NCBI GenBank assembly: GCA_039811685.1
Contig: JBDHZC010000001.1
Span: 544,001 to 608,000, forward strand
Reading direction: 5' to 3'
Length of the DNA: 64,000 nt
Source of the DNA: Armatimonadota bacterium
GTDB taxonomy: Bacteria; Armatimonadota; UBA5829; DSUL01
The notes under the pieces were generated by a model that ran no database searches, was not told where the DNA came from, and saw only the letters and a list, made by a program, of their open reading frames with translations. Position numbers and translations under genes: made by a program. Positions within the stretch are counted from its first letter, which is position 1, and each line of letters opens with the position of its first letter. This document shows positions 61,284 to 64,000 of the stretch, one piece after another.

Positions 61284-62306
61284 TCACTTGACCCGACGCG
61301 CTCCGACAAAGCGCTTGCCGTAGTAGGAGGAACTGAGTGAGTCCACCTTCACGCCGCCGCGGGGATTGCTGGCATGAATAAACTTCCCATCTCCAGTGTA
61401 AACACCGACGTGCCCGACTCTCATCCCGCGAGTGGAGAAGAAAACCAGATCTCCGGGTTTCAGGTCTTTGCGGTCAATCTTCTGTCCAGTTCTGGACTGT
61501 GCGGCGGCATTATGCGGCAAGGCCACGCCATGCTTTGCATAGACCCACCGGGTAAAACCGCTGCAGTCAAATCCGCCACGAGACACACCGCCGTAGCGGT
61601 AGCGAGACCCGCGTTGCGCCATAGCAGTGCGCAGCACGGCCATAGAACCCGGTTCGGCCTCACGAGCGCCGGTGGCCGTCTGAACAGGCTCGGCCTGAGC
61701 CAGCCGGTCTGCCTTCGAGACGTGACCCATATACTGCTTGGAAGACGACGACTTGGCGACGTGCGCAGGACTGCGGCGGGATGAAGTGGCAACCTTCTTC
61801 GGGGCAGCCGGCCTGGAAGCTGTCGTTTGAGGCTGCGCGACAGGAGTTGACCGGATGAGGTAGTCGCCGACCCATCCCATCGTACCCGACTGCGTCTTGA
61901 CCTGGTGCCAGTGCCACTTGGTCTGCAAAATCTTCACTTTGGCGCCGGCGGGCAACGTGCCTACTTTCTTACCGGAGGCTTCCGGCTCGCTACGCATCGG
62001 CGCAGATCGCGCGACGACACCCAGAGCGACCACATGCGGGTGAGAGGTTGTTTGTGTCGCAGAGCTTGTGTGGGCAGCGCTCGCAGCGCCGGGAATCTTG
62101 AGAGCTTGACCGAGCTGGAGCACAGATTTGTCGGTCAGCCCGTTGGCGTGAGCCAAATCTTTGTAGGAGACGTTGTACTTCCGAGCTATTGAACTCAGAG
62201 AGTCTCCCTTCCGAATGGTGTGAACAGTAGCGGATACTGATCCTAGGACGGCCAGAGTAGAAGTTACAGAGATAAATCCTACAACCGCTAGTCTCTTGAT
62301 CATCAA
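61284..62306 (-). CDS. LysM-SH3b-NlpC/P60 cell-wall peptidase
   Basis: HTIRKGDSLSSIA LysM, MRSEP...W..V...GWV SH3b, GFDCSGF, GHVGVY, FIHAS. Confidence 0.95.
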   Translation of the reverse strand: MMIKRLAVVGFISVTSTLAVLGSVSATVHTIRKGDSLSSIARKYNVSYKDLAHANGLTDKSVLQLGQALKIPGAASAAHTSSATQTTSHPHVVALGVVARSAPMRSEPEASGKKVGTLPAGAKVKILQTKWHWHQVKTQSGTMGWVGDYLIRSTPVAQPQTTASRPAAPKKVATSSRRSPAHVAKSSSSKQYMGHVSKADRLAQAEPVQTATGAREAEPGSMAVLRTAMAQRGSRYRYGGVSRGGFDCSGFTRWVYAKHGVALPHNAAAQSRTGQKIDRKDLKPGDLVFFSTRGMRVGHVGVYTGDGKFIHASNPRGGVKVDSLSSSYYGKRFVGARRVK

Positions 62307-62497
62307 GACTCCACTTCCTTCCTGATTCTAGAGCTAGATCGGCTGGAAAACAGAGCTTTGGGTCAGGGCGCATCTGCTCTTCCAGTCCCAGGTCTCAACG
62401 CTGTTGAGACAAACGTTGCCACGAGTCCGTTCGCGACGGTTGCGCCGGACGAGAATGGAACGCGTCTCGATCAGTCCCGGCACAGTAAACTTTCGGT

Positions 62498-62526
62498 AGT
62501 ATAAGTACGTCTCAGCAGAGTGTCAA
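62498..62526 (-). promoter_or_regulatory. Near-consensus sigma70 promoter of the NlpC/P60 gene
   Basis: TTGACA-N17-TATACT. Confidence 0.85.
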
Positions 62527-62554
62527 CCCCAAAAATGTGAACAATGTGCGAAAT

Positions 62555-63478
62555 TCAAAGGTTAGAAGCAGGTTGTCGAAGGGTATCCTGAAGGGCTAAA
62601 TGCGGTGGTCTTGTCAAAGAAAAAAGATATAAATACTGTTGAATCCAGCCGGCCAGTGGCCCAAATCTGTCTCGCAAAACCTGTGAGGTTCTCTGGTACG
62701 CTGCCGGCGTTCTGGAAGAGCCGGGAAGCCCATACAGCGCCTGGGCTACACGCCAGGTGTGCGTATCCAGCGGAAAAGCTTCGTCATGCTCCAATGAAAA
62801 GAGCAATGCGCAATCCGCGATTTTTCTGCCAACCCCTGAAATCTGCGTAAGCGCCTTTGCCGCCTCCTCATAAGGCATCACGCACACTTCTCTGAGAAAC
62901 CGCTCTCCACCCAGCGCTTGCAGATCCCGCGCAGCACGGCTCAGACTGCGACACCTGAACTCCATGGCCCCTACCCTTAGCCGCTCAGGTTCGACCTCAG
63001 CCAGGGCTGCCAGAGTCGGAAAGGCGCGGTGTTCGGAGTCAACGCTCGAACCCAGCGCCAGTGTCAGCTCCTCAATCGACCAGCGAATGCGTGATATTGA
63101 CGTCGCAACCGCACACACGAAGGAGAGGAGACACTCCACCGGCTCCTGTCTCAGGATGCGAAGCCCGGCAAATCGCTCAAAAAGAGGGGCCAATCGTGGG
63201 TCAGCTTCGAGGGCAACCTGCCTGACGGATGCGGTCGAGACGTCAAGGCGCAAAAAGCGCTGGAGCATCTGAGGACTGACCGCTTCGCTGCCAGAATACA
63301 CCCTCACCAGATTTCCAGCGCGCCGCATTCCAATCCAGGCGCCATCCACGGGGCCTTCCCACAGACCATCCCGTTGGGTCCAGCGAAAGGTCTGACCACT
63401 GCTGAAGGTGTGGTCGAGGTCGAACTCCTCCGGCGCAATATCGAGATGGAAGCGAAAGTAATCTGTCAGTTGAATCAG
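62555..63478 (-). CDS. 8-oxoguanine DNA glycosylase (OGG1-like, HhH-GPD); probable CTG start
   Basis: FDLDHTFSSGQTFRW N-terminus, GLRILRQEP.ECL.SF, GVGRKIADC.LLF, FPLDTH, AGWIQQYL. Confidence 0.88.
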   Translation of the reverse strand: MIQLTDYFRFHLDIAPEEFDLDHTFSSGQTFRWTQRDGLWEGPVDGAWIGMRRAGNLVRVYSGSEAVSPQMLQRFLRLDVSTASVRQVALEADPRLAPLFERFAGLRILRQEPVECLLSFVCAVATSISRIRWSIEELTLALGSSVDSEHRAFPTLAALAEVEPERLRVGAMEFRCRSLSRAARDLQALGGERFLREVCVMPYEEAAKALTQISGVGRKIADCALLFSLEHDEAFPLDTHTWRVAQALYGLPGSSRTPAAYQRTSQVLRDRFGPLAGWIQQYLYLFSLTRPPHLALQDTLRQPASNL

Positions 63479-63873
63479 TCAGAAAGCACGTCTGTGTCCG
63501 TCTTGTCACGGACTGGATGATGGGCCAGAACTACGGGAATATCCCGCCGGTCTGGACTGGCGTGGAGATGGCTGAGGCTGCCAGCGGCATACAGCTGAAT
63601 GCCCTTGGAGGCTATAAGCGACGCCGCCACGCACATGGCCAGGAGAAACACAAGCTGTACGAGCAGAACGACAAGGCGAGGCAGAATACTGGCTGCAGAG
63701 TTCGTCGCAGCCGTTCCCGCAGCGCCTGCTGACGCACTCTTGCTCGCAGAGGCGACAAAGCCCGGGTCCTGAAAAATCTTGAAGCCAAACCAGAACACCC
63801 CTGCCAGCATGGCTATGCCGACAAGGAACACGATCAGCCCCAGTCCACGGCCAACGATTGAATACGCTCTCAT
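63475..63873 (-). CDS. Hypothetical membrane protein (2 TM)
   Basis: Two hydrophobic helices; stop overlaps the likely start of the glycosylase. Confidence 0.7.
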   Translation of the reverse strand: MRAYSIVGRGLGLIVFLVGIAMLAGVFWFGFKIFQDPGFVASASKSASAGAAGTAATNSAASILPRLVVLLVQLVFLLAMCVAASLIASKGIQLYAAGSLSHLHASPDRRDIPVVLAHHPVRDKTDTDVLSD

Positions 63874-64000
63874 ACTGTTTCCAAATCACAGCTCTCACGG
63901 CAGGCATCTGCCACTGACCATAGGAGTATACATTGAAAGGAGCCGTTTCGAGAACCATTTCAGGCGGCCGGAGGCGAGATTTTCCGTCCGGCAGCCCATT

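Overview
A GC-rich bacterial chromosomal window, mostly housekeeping genes. It includes groESL with two CIRCE boxes, accDA, pheA, a rpsU-ybeY-dgkA-hlyC block, tRNA-Gln-glmU-prs-pth-mtaB, gmk-coaBC-metK-priA-def-fmt, rqcH, thyX, a SWIM-SNF2 helicase, gyrA-lexA, and tRNA-His/Gln/Pro. Armatimonadota is a plausible source (inference from a PEP-CTERM protein, a DUF1559/H-X9-DG prepilin-like protein, a beta-propeller with C-terminal OB-like repeats, and a Gram-positive-type LexA). The most unusual part is a ~2 kb accessory island at ~1.6-3.6 kb, upstream of groES. It holds a frameshifted BECR/RelE-like nuclease ORF whose stop codon abuts a convergently promoted ~78-nt cloverleaf (tRNA-like) RNA. The island also has an unannotated 44-aa hydrophobic peptide, a 60-aa orphan flanked by 9-bp tandem repeats, and an amber-interrupted ORF. 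Other signals: GAAC-N4-GTTY SOS-like boxes at the gyrA-lexA promoter, at an XRE/ImmA-like pair and at the nuclease promoter; priA and an OGG-like glycosylase that apparently need non-canonical start codons; a long structured leader before a LysM-SH3-NlpC/P60 gene; and a GyrA with a divergent quinolone-binding region. All family assignments are by eye; no searches were run.
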